A DNA stretch of 64,000 nt from Bugula neritina (taxonomy: Eukaryota; Animalia; Bryozoa): positions 9,950,633 to 10,014,632 of the forward strand of contig OZ037769.1 of NCBI GenBank assembly GCA_964035545.1, written 5' to 3'. A program made the translations under genes and the position numbers. Positions 12,946 through 29,500 of this stretch are shown here, one piece after another. Positions within the stretch are counted from its first letter, which is position 1; every line of letters starts with the position of its first letter. The notes beneath the pieces are model-generated. The model ran no database searches. It was not told where the DNA came from and saw only the letters and a list, made by a program, of their open reading frames with translations.

Positions 12946-15900
12946 TAAGTTCTTTGCTCACTTTGCTCATTAGTGCATCAAAACTTGATATTAGATACAC
13001 TAAGAAGTAGCCTTTTGACTTTTTGCTCATGGTATACTATAAATTTACTAATGTTACTTATACATAGGTTACACTTTCGTAGGCTACGCTTACTAGGTGC
13101 TGACTTAATTATAAACCTCCAAGACCGGTTTTATTGAAAGTCAGATAATGTTATAATTCAGTAGTAATATTATTTGGGAATGTTGTCACATAGCTTCAAG
13201 CTGTGTGCTATTTCATTTGCTAATTTGATTGTTTTGATTTCTAAATACTGGTTTTGAAAAAGTCCCAGGTATTACTTTTTTTAAAGAATTGATTTTAAGT
13301 TAACAATCATAGTGTTTTTAAGTTTCAGCGTTTAGAAATAAATTATGCTAGAATTCATTTTAGTCAAAATTAAAAAGTTTATTAAACAAAACTGTTTTTC
13401 GATTCATAAGTTATCACAATGAACAGCATTTGTTTCTTACAAATATCAACTGCTATAATTTTAAAATGAATGGGTTTTAACTTTTCAAGCTTAACCAAAT
13501 AGTTTTGTAATAGGTACTAATTTGTTCTTGTAAAGAACACTTGGTTTTATTGGTATATAATACTAAATCTCTTAGCACATATATAGTCATTTATTCAAGG
13601 GTAACAGGTTTTATCTTACAGTACTTAAATTCATTCGACAATTGAAAATAGATCAGATAATGCTTTTCAAATAATTACCTTTTTAGCAACAGTTGATAAT
13701 TGTGATAATAGAATACAATATGTTGCACATTGATAATAATGATAAGTTAGCCTGTAAAACTGTTGACTAAGAGACAACAACTATGCTGTCATAACACTCA
13801 TCATTTCAGCCTTGCAGTGATCGCTCTGCTACGAGTGTATTCAGTGCCTGGTTTTCAGAGAATTCTAAGCAAATGCAAAGTTATAAGTTTTTAAATTAAA
13901 TAAAGTGATTAAAATTCTTCACCTGTGAACATTAATACTAATATGATAGCTTGCAACACGCTACTTTAGCTGTTCAAAAACTTAAATTCAAAATTTACGA
14001 AAATAAACCCAAAAAAGTTATATTATTACAAGTTTTAAAACCCTTGAAAATAATTTCTTTTCTGAAGTACATTTTGTATAACATAATTTAATTGTTTATG
14101 TTGATACATTTGCAAACTATTAGCATTTTTTATTACACTCGGCTACGATCATTTACCATTTATCAGGTAGGTTTTTTAGTAATGGAACGGGAAGTGTGAA
14201 TTATTTCTCCCCACTAACACCAGACAATTTTATTGAGTTATTGCATTGAATATGAAATTACACTTTATGCTTAGATGATGCATTAGGGTAAGAAAGACCA
14301 GTCACATTAAAATATAATTATATATGTTATGGTAATTACGTGGTTCATTGCTTTCTGTCTTAAATTAAATAAAGAAGTTAAGAATTGCAAGTATGAAACT
14401 TCCACACTTCCTGTTGGAGTCAAGGCTGTTATGTTGCCACTTGCTGTAATTAACAATCAATTGTTGACTGATCTTTTTAACTTCTCTCTGCCATCACCCA
14501 CAAGTCACAACTATTATGATGACTTCCAAAGCTGCATATGCATTTCACTCCACATGTTAACAAGTTCGGCAATGAGAGCTACTCAGCTGTTGAGGTTTCC
14601 TTCAGTTCACACTTTATAAGTGAACAACTCCAACCTACAACTTTACTTTCACCAAACTTTTGTTCCGGTTCATTTTAATCTCAGACATTCCATTGTGCTC
14701 TCTCTTCTTCAAATTTGTGTGACCTGCTTCGTGCTACACAACCATTTAAGACTGATGCAGATATAATGCTTTACCAGGTGTAGTCTACAGAAGAATGTCA
14801 TGCTTCAAATAAAAAAAGTTGTTGGGTTATTAAACCCTGCTCCTACTAATGTGGTATACATTAAATAAATTTTCTGAACAAGCCTGAACATAGTCCCATA
14901 TAAAAATTGATGCACTGGTCAATTCGCTATGATAGTTAACTACAACTTTTAGTAGACAAAAATGTATGAAACTGCTTATTGCTTTGTTGACAAAACGATA
15001 ACTGGAGTGCTCAGTCTCAGGTGCCTCTTGTAGGTTATCATCTGACCTGCATAAATACACTGTATGTTGACTAAAAACCGTTGTGCTATATAGGCAGTAG
15101 ATAGCAGACTAGGTACACACTAATTCTGTGATATGCTATGATTTTCATGATTGAAAATCTCAAGTATCATCTCTCACTGCTCACAGCTGTGACAAGTACC
15201 GTCACCAGCTACTAGCTAGTCGGAGAGGTTCTAAAATCTCAAATATCTACTATACCTTAGTAGAATAAAGTCATAACAATTTCTCATCAATAACTGTTCA
15301 GAATTGTTTGCTTGAACTGATGTCCATCAGCTTTTTCCATGTAATTTTTAAAGCAATGTTTTCTGGAAGCTTTAGCATTATCTTTTTCTATGCCAAAATC
15401 CGCAGTTAATTTTTAGATGGTATTACCTTTTACATGTAGGATGGAGATAGGCCTGTTAACTCCAGTTGCTAATTTTTATTAGCACCAGTTTTTGAAATCA
15501 TCGCAGCAAGGGAGGTTAGAATTTTCTCAACAAGTTGGCTCACAAACTTATTAGCATGCCTTCAGGCACAGTTGCCTGCAATCTTCATGTCACTACATCT
15601 GCTTCAAAGCTACTGAAATGAATTCTTTATTTATAACATTTAATAGAACTCTATATAAAAGGTTATAATGAAAATAAGCATACTTGTACTGTAGTTGCTT
15701 TCAGTCTAAACGACAATTACCTTAATTACAATAGTTTGTTTAAGTTACAATACCTACTTGTGTGTAGTTCTGCTATGCAGCTGTACTAGTTTGCCAAATT
15801 ATTTGCTTTCTTATCACGATGCACATGTAACTTCTAGTTTTAAATTGCTTCAATTTCAGGATTTTCAGATAATATTATCTTTGAAATTTAGTTGCTGCTT

Positions 15901-17371
15901 TCAAAATTGGGGGAATTCTCATCAAAGCATTCTTCAAAGCAAGAGGCCAATTCAATATGGAAAATGCAAGATTTTGCATATTCCAGTCTTGCATAGTTGA
16001 GGAAGTAGCCTATAGCTTCACTTACTAAATTTCACTTAATGCATACTGCTGCGTTTAAATATTAGCTTAGCTATTATAGTAGAAGCATACAGTTGAACAT
16101 CTTTGACAGCAAGGGAATTGGTTTAATAATAGAATTTTTATAGCAAAACCAAAAATTAACTAAAAACTAAAGCCAAGTAAAACTTTTTATCTTTGCTGTT
16201 AGTGACTATGAGTAGAAAAGTGATCATTGAGCTAACTTAAAATCATCCAGCAGCTAAATATAATAAATGAAACTAAGCATGATTATTTGGACATAGTGAA
16301 TTCATCAGTTTGTCTCTTAATTATTTTGCCAATTTTGCCAATTTATTAGACTGCCAGTAGACAGCTTTTGATAAGATATAAATCCCAATTAGTGACTAGG
16401 AGTGGAGAAGCACTTCTCCATCTATCCAAGTGTTTAGTCTGACTGTTATTAGTAGGCTGAGACTCTGTGCTTACTGTGACTCTAACCTGAACAATCGCCA
16501 TTAGTCATGAATAACAGTTTATTGGAGAGTACAGTCATAGCCAACTGCAGTTATAGATTGTTATTGTTGTTTTATATGATCACCACTACTAGTTACAAAG
16601 CTGTAACAATACCTTCTTTACATTAGTTTCATCAGTAACAATAAATATAATAATCAGATAACCAGCACAGGCTAAACAACTTCTTTCATTCTTTTGTTAG
16701 TGCTTAGCAAACTACAATCATCCACAAAAACAATGATGTATGAAGAAGCTAATGAAACAGTGCTGCTCATAAACACAAAAGATTAAAATGTTCTCAGAAT
16801 TTTTGCTGTGGTTTTTCAGTACTACATTTAAAATTGTTCATTCAGGGCTTTTGTTTGTTAAGCTTTCAATGTTGGTTACAGTGACTTTATAACTGAATGT
16901 CCTAAGCTTATTCATATGAAAATATCATTAATTACGACTACAATATGAATACATGTATATCTCACAACCAATACTTTTAGCACATGTCTCTTATTTTGTA
17001 ACAAGTTTCTAAACCAGATCTTAAACCACTCTGAATTTTTTTATACAACTACTTTTAATTCACTCAGAACAAAATATGTATTATTTAGTCAACAAGTTTT
17101 GCAAGATACAAGCTCTTGCTCTTTGGGCTAAAAACTTACTTTTATCTGTGGGTTTTTGATTATAATATGTTAAATTGTTGTGTAGAAGTAAATTTAACTC
17201 AACTGCAGAAGTGAAAATAGCAAATCTTTATTACTTGATGTATGTTATAGTATTATATACAATAGTTAATATAGCATTCCATGCAGCATAATTACTGCTA
17301 ATATTCTACATAATGAACAGCATTGCCTCTATAATATATTGCCATATATATTTATTGCTAATCGGTTAATC

Positions 17372-17705
17372 TAGTTAGTCAGTCAGTTAGTCAGTCAGTC
17401 AGTCAGTCAGTCAGTCAGTCAGTCAGTCAGTCAGTTAGTCAGTCAGCCAGCCAGTCAGTCAGTCAGCCAGTCAAGTCAGTCAGCCAGTTAGTCAGTCAAT
17501 CAGTCAGCCAGTCAGTCAAGTCAGTCAGCCAGCCAGCCAGTCAGTCAGTCAGTCAGTCAGCCAGTTAGTCAGTCAGTCAGCCAGTCAGTCAAGTCAGTCA
17601 GCCAGTTAGTCAATCAGTCAGCCAGTTAGTCAATCAGTCAGTCAGTTAGTCAGCCAGCCAGTCAGTCAGTCAGTCAGCCAGTCAGCCAGCCAGTCAGTCA
17701 GTCAA
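17372..17705. repeat. (CAGT)n/(CAGC)n tetranucleotide microsatellite
   Basis: Direct reading. Confidence 0.98.
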
Positions 17706-18513
17706 TCAAATGTATTTTATGTAAAATACAGATGTAGTTTTATTGGGAGTAACTTGTTCTTATGTGTGTGATCAAACTTTGTCCAAGATTGCAAAATTTA
17801 TTTACATTGTTGTACATGTTATTTACTAGATATCATTTTATGTACTTGATTATTTAGAAGCTATTTCTGGTATCCTAAATTAAATATTTAACTATACTAT
17901 GGTATTTTTACGGGCTCCCTGAAAACTAGCGTGATCATGAATAAATTGGACAAAAGTAGCCCACAAATCTGTTTGTGCCTCTTCTTTTCGATTGCGGCTT
18001 ATAAGAAATAATGTTGATGTTGAGTTGTGATAAGAGTCGCAAAGCACTCATTTAACTTTACATAGTCGTTTGAAGCATTACACAACCTTCTCATAGACTC
18101 TAGTAAGAAGTGTTGCATAGTGGTTTGGAAGCACAAAGTTTCATTCTTCTGTTGAATTGAATAGTTTGTTTTTATGATGCAGGTTTTTCAGAAATCAATT
18201 CTCACTTACCTTGTCCCCATTGATTAATGATGCGGATGATATACCATTTGTTTAGGCTCAGAGTCATTGTGTTAGTTGTAAAAGCTGTAATGGCTCAATG
18301 CATTATTATTGTAGCCAAATTTAGCCCGTGAGAAATGTACTCAAATGCACTCGTATTTGTGAATTTGAATAAATTGGTGAGAGGGGTGCAGATATAGTCC
18401 ACAAAAGAACATTTTAGGGTAATCACGAAATGTTAAATGGCACTCCCAAAATTTGGTCAAGTGTAATATGTGAACTGCAGCATGGGGTCACCTCTGAAGC
18501 ACTGCAGTATTAT

Positions 18514-18575
18514 CATATACTTTGTGTAGTACCACCATATACTTTGTGTAGTACCACCATATACTTTGTATAGTA
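18514..18575. repeat. 22-bp tandem repeat, about 2.8 copies
   Basis: catatactttgtgtagtaccac units. Confidence 0.9.
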
Positions 18576-18647
18576 TTAGGGGTAACGGGCACAACGGTCA
18601 TAGGGGTACAAAAAGCCGGCCAAATTGTGAGAGAACTGATTGACTTA

Positions 18648-18991
18648 GCCTAGGGCCACACTGTGCGTATTTTCGCATGCGAAAATTGAAATCACAAGTA
18701 GCAAAGGTGTCCACTGTACGCGTTGAGAAAACATTCGCACTTGTCGCTCAGCATTCTCAACGCAAGTGCGAATCGTCTCTGTCGTCGTCACCTAATTGGC
18801 TGGTAGTTTTTCAGCGAGCCCAATTTCTTTATGTTAGTGCTACATTCCAGTAAATTGCGTTTTATTGAAAGTGAGTGCAATTTAAAAATGAAAGCTTTAT
18901 TTATCACGCATCACTGACCCTACAGTGGACACCTTTGCTACTTGTGATTTCAATTTTCGCATGCGAAAGTACGCACCGTGTGGCCCTAGGC
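18648..18991. mobile_element. Young MITE, PIF/Harbinger-type (344 bp, 71-bp TIRs, TTA TSD)
   Basis: TIRs 18648-18718 and 18921-18991 with 2 mismatches; TTA at 18645-18647 and 18992-18994. Confidence 0.9.
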
Positions 18992-21278
18992 TTAGAGTTG
19001 TGATTTTTTTTTCATAAAAAGGTATTGACATAATTATTCAGCCATTGTAGTTTCAACACTTTCAGAACATACGTGTTGAAAGGCGAGTAAAAAACTGTTT
19101 TTACCTACTTTTTGCAATTTTTTTAAGATGTCGTTAAAGCTTTATAACTTTTTACACTCAAAGGTAACAAGCCTAGATTTTACTGATATTGTTGCCATTG
19201 CTTGTCTCTACATTGCTTAACTAGTATGACAGCAAACTCTAAAATAAATTTTCCTTGAGGCAGATTTATTTTCAATTTGGCCACACGAGGGGGGGGGCAC
19301 AATGGGCCACGCCCAATCAATCAGAATTGTTTAAAAGCTGCCGAGCTTCAAGTCTACCCAACTGCCAAAAACAACTATAGCTCATTCACCAGTATGTCAA
19401 TAAAAAAGACCATTAAATGTGTTTGCCAAAACAGCTGGGGTTGTGTTCAAACTGCACCAGGGTATTTGTGCAGGAATAAAAATTTCAATTGCATTTTTTG
19501 AGAACCTAATTTACACATTTTGAAAAATGAACTCATGGTTCATAAATTTAAGATATGAAATAAAATAATGCATGTAATAAAAGTTGCACAGTTATTTTTT
19601 AGAAGTATGCATTTTGCATTTGAACTTGCAGAAGTTTATATAAGTTATAGTGGTGAGTATTCTAGAGTTGGTACAAGGTAGTAAATGTACCAAATTTACA
19701 TCGTCTATTGTAGTTATTATTGGATTTATTACCAAATGGTATAATTGAGTAATAAGATTAAATGAGAATTTGTTGTAATAATAGTTTCTATTTCATAGCA
19801 AGACATGCATACATATTTTACAGTTTTAGCTGCTTTTCACTACTTGTGTTGCGCAAACACAGCTCATTCATCTGTATAAAATCTAGCCATGGCAATCTAT
19901 ATATATATATATATTATTTATATATCCAACTCTCAGGAGTTGTCTTCTTATCTAGGATTTATCGTGTGAAAATGCTTAACTGGGTTCTATTATACTTTTA
20001 TTATTATACTTTGTTTTCCTTTCAAGGCTTTCGTCTTCTGTGTTGCTTTTGCACTCAGTGTCTGGTTTAACTTATAATGTTCATTTGGTACTGGTGGGGG
20101 GGGGGTAAAATATGCTGTCTGCTACTTGGGAGTATTTATTACATTATAAAAATTACAATCAATGTGCTATACTATGTTACATTATACTATATTTTGTTAT
20201 ATTATGTTGTATTATATAATATAATATTATACTATACCATATAATATTATTTTAGATTATATTATATTGTGTTATTTAACATTATTCTTTACTATATTGC
20301 AATATATTAACATATACAAACATGTTTATAGTACTTAGTGATGCCGGAATAATATAAACATCTCCAACATATCATCATGCCATATTCTTATACCAAATTA
20401 AAAAAATTGTATTATTGTGTGCTTTGGCTTGGCCTGGTGATCAGTCATCTGCTCTCATTAGCATAAACAAATGTAATGTTCACACCAATTTTTTTTAACT
20501 GTAAACATTCACATAGCTAAAGCATATAATAATATTCACGTGAAAAGCAGTTTTGGTGTGAAATAATTTACATTTTACTACCTTAGGTTTATTTAGCAAG
20601 AGCATTTGAAGGTGCAATAATATAATAGCTCAGATCTGCTAGAGTCGCAAAGAGCTGTGCTTCAAGAGAAGCAGACTTTTCTCTCATTAGTCACACTAAA
20701 TAGTAATTGAAAGTTTGGCATTATAGTTGCAAATTGTTGAAACAGCAATAAAATTTGAAGTGAGAGTTCAATATCTTAAGTTGTTTGCCTTTGAAACTCT
20801 GTCACACTTTAAACCTAAATGCTAAACCAAAACATGCAGGTCTAATGGAACATTTACGTGGCTATACTTTAATAACTACTCCTTGATAGGTCAGCTTTCA
20901 AAATGTATATGCTCTACTCCTTGTTGCTGAGACTATATATCTAGCTTTGTAAAATTGTATATACGTCCATTAACTATCATGTTATACTCTATAAGCTGTT
21001 GGGACTCAGTCTCAGTTCACAACACTATAATTGTTTATAGAGTCACTGTATCTATAATACAATAGAAGCAGTACGTAGTAACTATTGTAATCATGGCATG
21101 ATTTTCATATCATCTATAATCATATTTCTTATCTTATCAAGCACCTACTGTAGTGTGGAATGCTAAGCACTATTGTTGTTTTGTAAGGGCAAATAACTCT
21201 AGCAAAGTATTCCTAAATTATTCTGCATCAACAAATTGCTGATATGGTGACATTTATTTCTATTTTTTAGTGATTTTG

Positions 21279-22231
<953 letters not shown>

Positions 22232-22240
22232 TATATAAAA

Positions 22241-22283
<43 letters not shown>

Positions 22284-25200
22284 CCTATATATAATTTACT
22301 ATATAAGTAACATAATAATATACCCTTTACTATGTTATGAGCTTATTATATCAAGATGTACATTTGGGAGTTATCTTTTCAAACAATGTGAAAATAACTG
22401 TTGGTAAGGGAACCGCATTCACATATTAGAGATTATCTCCTCCTCTTCTAAGATGGCAACTGAGCATATGCCAAATCGTAGTAAATAGTAGCAAATATGT
22501 TTTATCATGTTTAGTGCTGCTGATAACTTCACCTATTGAACCAGCATAAAATTCACAAAAACTCTTTTAAGTTGAAATAAATATTGAGAACAAGGTTATA
22601 TTTATAATAAGTGATTACATTTTAAAATTATATTTGCTCTTTTACTAAACATACAAATACATATTTTTGCTAAATTCTTCACGGTTATTTGCAATTCCTA
22701 TTTGTAAAGTTGTATATTCTATTAGAAAGTATCAAGGTGATTGATTATCAACGTAGTTAAATGTACAACTAAATTTATTGTTGAATGTATTTGATTCCAG
22801 ATAAGGTTTTAGATAACATAGGCATGTTCATATTAATCAGCGTGGCATGGTATAAAACTTTGCTAGCAAACAAATTCTTTAGGTTGCGTTGCTATATTAT
22901 TACTATTATTATTAATACATGCAGTCAACCAGCCCGCTGGTGCTCTCATATGCAAGAAAATATTGCATATGTACATTGATATATTAATCATATCTTCAGC
23001 TTTCTTTGTTTGCAATGTTGACTAGTGATTATGCATTAAATGCTTACTTATCTTAAAACATTAATTTAAAATTTACCAGCTGTTTTACACTTGACTAATG
23101 TGATGTGAAGATAGGAAAATTAAATTTGTTATTCATAAGCCAAATCATGCTTCTCATCTGACACTCTCAATGGTCATTAGTAAATCATGTTGCAACTCCA
23201 TAGCTCCAGGGATTATCCCAACATTGCGATAGCTTAGCTCACTCTGTTGAAACTTTTGTTTGTTAATCATTTTCTTTCTTCGTAAGAGTGGGGCTAGTAG
23301 ATCTTATAGCCTGTGCAAGTTCAACTAAAACTATTGTTTAAACTGTATAATGTTTCTTTCTATATGGGGTTTTGTTATGCAGTTTCCATCAAATTGGCAA
23401 ATATAATGTCACTTTCTTCTATCTGCTATCTCATATATGATCCATATTGACTTTGCTAAAATATGAAGTAAATCAAATGGATTTAACTGTATAATAATAC
23501 TATATATTATTATTGTTAATTCATGGCTATCATACCATCATAGTTCAACTTCTGACATGTTATATTAAAATATAGAGATGATAACTCTTGATGGAGATAA
23601 ATATTGAGACATGGTTCCAACAGCTTAAGAGATGCATAGATATATATGTACCACTTCAGTACATACAATACTGAAGAAACTGCTTGTAACAATAGTTAGT
23701 GTGTTACAGTACACACGCTTTAGATATTATGTGCTTTGGTAGTACACTACAGTAGGCCTATAGTTAGAATTAACTGTAGAAACAGCACAATTCTTATCAT
23801 TTATAAGAAGGCCTGAATATCAAGACGTACTCTATAAAACTTTCAATAATATTTTTGTGCTTCTCACTCCTTACTGCAAAATACTACTTTAACTCACTTT
23901 TCTGTCTTGATGTTTCATCACCAACTAGACAAACTTCTTGCTAATTTATAAATAGTTTGACTATAGACCAATTGCATCAAATTTAAAAGCAAATTTATAA
24001 TACTGTAGAATACATAAGAATATAAATTAACTTTTACTTATAAGTTTGCCATTACTTTACGCTCAGTTAAGCATCTATATGAGTACAACTGAAGTTAGGC
24101 TCAGAGCTTTACCAACTGACAGTAAGTTTGAAGCAATAAGTAAACAACTAAGGCTTGTTTTAGGCTGATTTATAACAAATGATGAAGCAAATATATTTCA
24201 TAGTTTCAAGTTGCAAATTGTATTTTGTCTAAATTCATGTGCTCTAATTATAATTACCAATGAGTTTGAAAAATAAATTGCCCGTGATTTATTTGCAGGA
24301 AAGAGTTTTCTAGAATATTTTTCTATGGTTTAGTTACACAAGTCGTTAGTTAATAGCTCTATTTTGCTAACAGTTCTTCAACATCATGCACTGAGTTGTA
24401 TTTATAAACTGACAGGCATGCTTCTGGCTGTCATTTTCTACCTACACTTAAATCTTTGGTAGAAACATGTGTCTGTATAAATTCTGACACCATCATGTGT
24501 TGTATCGCGTGCAGTGACTTGATGATTAAGCAGGTTTTTGTAACAGTTATTCATGTATAAAGAACAACCCAGTTGTTAACAGAAACAACATGCATCACTT
24601 ATAAAACGCATGATGTTGAGTGCTTTGTGTGATTCACAGATTGATAGTAAAGAGAAAATAATATATTTGAAGATGATTTAGTTGAATCTTATTTTTTCTA
24701 ACAATGGTGTACATTTCAATGTTATTTGACACAGTTATTTGGCAGATGAAAATATAATGGCAGGAAAATGTAGAAATGTTTACAGCTATAGGCATATTGT
24801 AAAAGAGGCTTAACTCTGAGAGTTGTACACGGGTATCAGCGATTACTGAGAGCTGTCTAAAGGCTAACTCTAGCTTTTACTGCACCTTAATCATATCACA
24901 TAGTAGTAAGCAGATTAAAACTTTCAATGGCATTTGCTGCCGTTTAATTGATTATTGAAAGACGCTGACTAGATTCTGTTGGCGGACAAAGCTACGCTAG
25001 TCTGCTACAGAAGATTATCTAGATTGTAGTAGAAAATCAGTTTACCAAGGTTGCTGGCAGTGTGGAATTATAATAGGTTGAACGATTAATACCAACATCT
25101 CAGTAATTTATGTGTTATTTCAATTGAGTTAAACTTGTAGCTGTTGACGCTGAGATTGATTGATTGATATACATAGTATTAGAGGCATTCATTGGAGCAG

Positions 25201-26076
25201 CCAACTTAGCCTATGTTAACATTAGGATAAGCTACGTTTACCTAGGTATAGGCACTCATGCCATGCATTGTTAAGTAAATGCACTGCTCATTAACATTTG
25301 GTGATACCTACCTGGTCAGATTTAGCATAGACAGTTTGGCATACACTGAGTATGGGATTACTTGTGACATCCTACTATAGGGTTTGATTTCTCTAAACTG
25401 TAGTAAATGATAGTAACTGTACATCTTTGATATGGATTTATTGTACCATGCTGTGACATTGGGCTGCCTACTATTGCTTTCACATGTTGCTTCTTTTAGA
25501 GGTAAGTGTGATCTAAATTAGAGAGTTGCTTCGGAAAATGTTGCTAGCTTCTATAACGTTTACAGAATAACTTTTTAGCTGTAGACGACAGAAAGCTTGT
25601 AACTTACAGAAAGAGTAAATCTCATTTCTAGTTTTCAAAGAGTAACTTTAAAACTTTGTTTGTAAAGTCAACTTTTCAGAATTATTTTAATTATTTATGA
25701 GTTTCAATGTTAGCTGAGGCATAACTTTATGAATGCACAAAATCATAAACGTTTGCAGTATCTCAAGTAGCAACCCATCATGTTTCACCTTGTCACAAAC
25801 CGCATATAATGCTCATAAGTTTTGATATGCTCAATTAAAACTGTGTTATGTTATATAAACTTATAAAATTGTGCATAAAGTCTATCTTTTAAACTGGTTT
25901 CTTTACCTACACAAACAAAAAAGTAGCTTCATATAACCTCGCAGTAATTGTAATAATATTTATTAAGTATGTAAATTGGAAATTAGTTATGATTGTGTCT
26001 GTAATAAGGATGGCATTGATGATGGTGATCACAAAAGGTACTAGGCCAACTTCTGGCAAATTCTTTTGCAGTAACA

Positions 26077-26513
26077 TGACTATTTGTAAATCTCAATTGG
26101 AAAACACTTTTTGGAAAACAGACAAGTCATCAATAGACAACTAGAATATAAACATTTAGCAAACGGACAATTGGGAAATAGACATTTGGAGAATGAAAAA
26201 TATAACAAACATGGCCTATTGGAGGGAGTGATGTTCAGCTTATTGTAAACGGGAGAAATTTTAAATTGAAACTATTTGGTAACTAATTCTACTTTCAAGA
26301 TAGGCTTAACTGATTATAACTTTATATTTATTGCTGAAAGCCATTTTTGACTCGGCCAGATGCTCCGGACTAGACCATGTTAAATATTATTCATTTTCCA
26401 AACAATTATTTTTCAATTGTCCATTTGCTAAATGTGTATTTTTGTGTTGTCTATTAGTAGTTTGTCTGTTTTCCAAAAAAGTGTTTTCCTGTTGATAAAT
26501 TCTCCAATAGTCA
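26077..26513. mobile_element. Foldback/MITE with about 140-bp diverged inverted arms
   Basis: 26077-26219 (..ggaaaacactttttggaaaacagacaa..catttagcaaacggacaattg..aacatggccta) inverted at 26371-26513. Confidence 0.8.
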
Positions 26514-29500
26514 CAGATTCCACCCAACTGCTATCTAGTAGCTGACACAACAGCTATTGACTGCTTTGTCATGGGCTAGGCTGTACAGTCAATTACCATG
26601 GCTACACGTAAACAATGTTTCATTAAAATAATGAAGAACAAAAACTAACAAACATTCCCTGTAAATGGAAACAAGGGAGACAGCTGATTTATGATTAACT
26701 GCTGCTGCAGTGTATTGGCTTGTTTGACTGTCTCGTGTTTAATGTATTTTGCCCCTTATCACTAACACATAACAACTGAGAACATATTAGCTTCTACAAA
26801 GTAAATAACAGTAGATGCTATCTGACCAGTGTTGCTCCCCACAGAGCAGCAACCACATAATAATGACACCTCCAGCTGTGTGCTCTGGCATGTCATAATT
26901 CAGCCACCATTGTTTCTTTCTTTGAGGTAGCCATGTTGTTGTACAAATACTTATCATTGTCACTCAAACCTGCTAAAGGTGATTTCATCATTTAAAGCCA
27001 TGTTTCAGTTTTACCAAGGCTGTTTCTTGAAGATCTGTGACTGAAAACTCCTAAGTTCAAATGGAATAGTAGCTTAGTTAATGTTGATATATCTTGACTT
27101 CATTTAGCAACCTGTCAAGTGTAAAAATATGTGCATTATTTGAGAGGCATTATATCTTGTAGTTAGTATAGTAAGTTATGGGTAGCCTATGAGGAGCTGG
27201 AATAACTGGCTAAGCACTGCAACTTTATTGGATTGTTAACTCAAGTTAATAATTTAGTCCAGTTTGCAATTATTGTGGGATCATAATAATTGTTGTAATA
27301 TTATGGATATAAATTCCCTATACTAGGATTAAACTAACTTTATTTTCTGTTCTCCGTTTTAGCTGCAGGTTTGTTAGAGCACTTCAACATGCATAGCTAC
27401 ACTGAGTCAAATATTTAGTTTGGGAAATATCAGTGTCAAGTAATGTTTGGCTTGGTATGCTTGGCAAACATTTACAATACCAAATAAATTTTGAGCCAAA
27501 TATTTTTATATAGCTTTAGTTTTTCAGTGTCACAAATAAGTAAATAGGCACACATAGTGTATGGTTTTAGACCTCTTGGTACATATTCAAAGTGCAAGAG
27601 GTTGATTTGTCAAGTTTAAGTGTTTACTGAATGTCTAATATATTCACTAACTCTTTTCAAAAACTTCACATGTAATTCAATACGATGGGTGAGAACTCAA
27701 GTGATTTAGAGATAGTAAGCATTGCAATTCATTTGCCTATTAAGCTGGTTAAATTTAACATGAATAAAAAAGATCTGTAGATTATGATAATTCACGTTGA
27801 CTGGCTTTGCTTGTTGATTGTTGAGGGCAGCAACATGACCCACAGTGTTCACACATGAAGCTGAAGACTTACAATAAATGAGTAAATAATGTAGATGCTA
27901 TGTTTTCCATCCATATTTTTCCTAACGACAAGTGATAGTCATTACTTTATGCACATGTCTACAAATTCATAATCATTGGACAGATGTTTGCTAGTACTGA
28001 AAATTGTTACAGATGGGACAGGTATTAGTTTTCATATGAAATCCAGGAGAATTACACAGAAGTTCAGAGAGATGGTTCTTTGAGTATACTTGTAAGGCTA
28101 TAAATTATAAGACTTTAGTGATATTTTCAAAGATAACTAGATAACTGGTTTCTTTCATGCCTATTAAATTGACAGTTACTGAATATATTTAAGGCAGTTG
28201 AAAATGTTGTTGAAAATGTGAATTGCTTGCAGGGATTAGAGTAGAGTCATTAGCATACCGAGGCATGCATTGCCTAACATTGTTCAGACAGTCAAGAAGC
28301 TATACATTATGATAGTCTAGTAAATGTTTTGTAAGAATGGTAATGTTAATTTGAACTGCTGATGGTTGTTACTATGTAGGGAGGGGGAAATTAGGGCTTT
28401 CTTAAACTGTTCTCCAGCTGTACCACAATCAACAATGATAACTAAACTCCACAAAATAAACTTTGTAAAAGCAAACTATAAGCAATTAGTATTTTTACTA
28501 CTAAAAATTTTCATCTTTGCTATATAGTGCAGAGAGTATAGAATAATGAAACATTCTTGGAATTTGCATTTTCAGTGTAATAAATAATAAGAATATGCTG
28601 TAAATATCTGGCATTTGTTTATTCTTATATAAATTTTGGCTATTCATTATATACAAGAAGTACTCTATGAAAATTAAACTTTTATATATATTTCCTATAC
28701 AAAGTTTTGATAAAGAGCATCAGTATATGGGCATCAAAATATTTACTTCCAACCAGCTGTTTGTAGGCTCACTTCAATCTATAGGGTTCCTGGTTGGTGG
28801 TAAGCACTGTAAAACTTTACTTGATTAAGAGCTGACTTAGATGGGGTAGATACTCTCCAACTGAAAAACTTATAACTCTGCTAGTAACTAACACTTTTAA
28901 CAAGTTGCTTTTTCTGATTACTAAAACTGAATTTAAAACTCTGACCAGTTGATACTCTACTTGAATATATGCAGATGAGCTTTGTGATGTAACACTAGTC
29001 TAATTGTTGACTTGCATTTGGCTGCATGTCTTACAAACTTATGGGTGATTTTAAAGATTATTTTTAGGGTGTCAGTTTACCTTTATGAGCAAACTGCAAA
29101 AACACCTATTGAAAGACAAAGAGCACTCTATACTCCCAGAGATAGTATCAGCTTGTACACGAATATTTGCCCATAACCATGCTTTAAGTCCTGTATATGA
29201 ACCAATTTTTCGGAGTGCCAGTGAGACATGAGGACATATGTGTAAACTATGACTAGTTGAAGCTCACTTTTCACTGATGCTGTAGCATTGATCAGCGAGT
29301 CTGTGTGAATGTGGAGGAATTTTCCAAATGATGTTCATAGAATTATGGCATTCCTCTTACACTAATTATATGCACATACTATGTGAAATTATGCATAACC
29401 AGCCTGCAAGTAGTTGCATATACTGAATATGCCAAACAAGATAACTGTCACACCACAGACTCTTTTAGACTCTTTCACACAGGCCTTACTGCCAAGAAAA

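Noticed and set aside
14329-16000. Short ORFs in the upstream desert
   Set aside because: No recognisable motifs or consistent splice chain; probably decayed TE or random sequence
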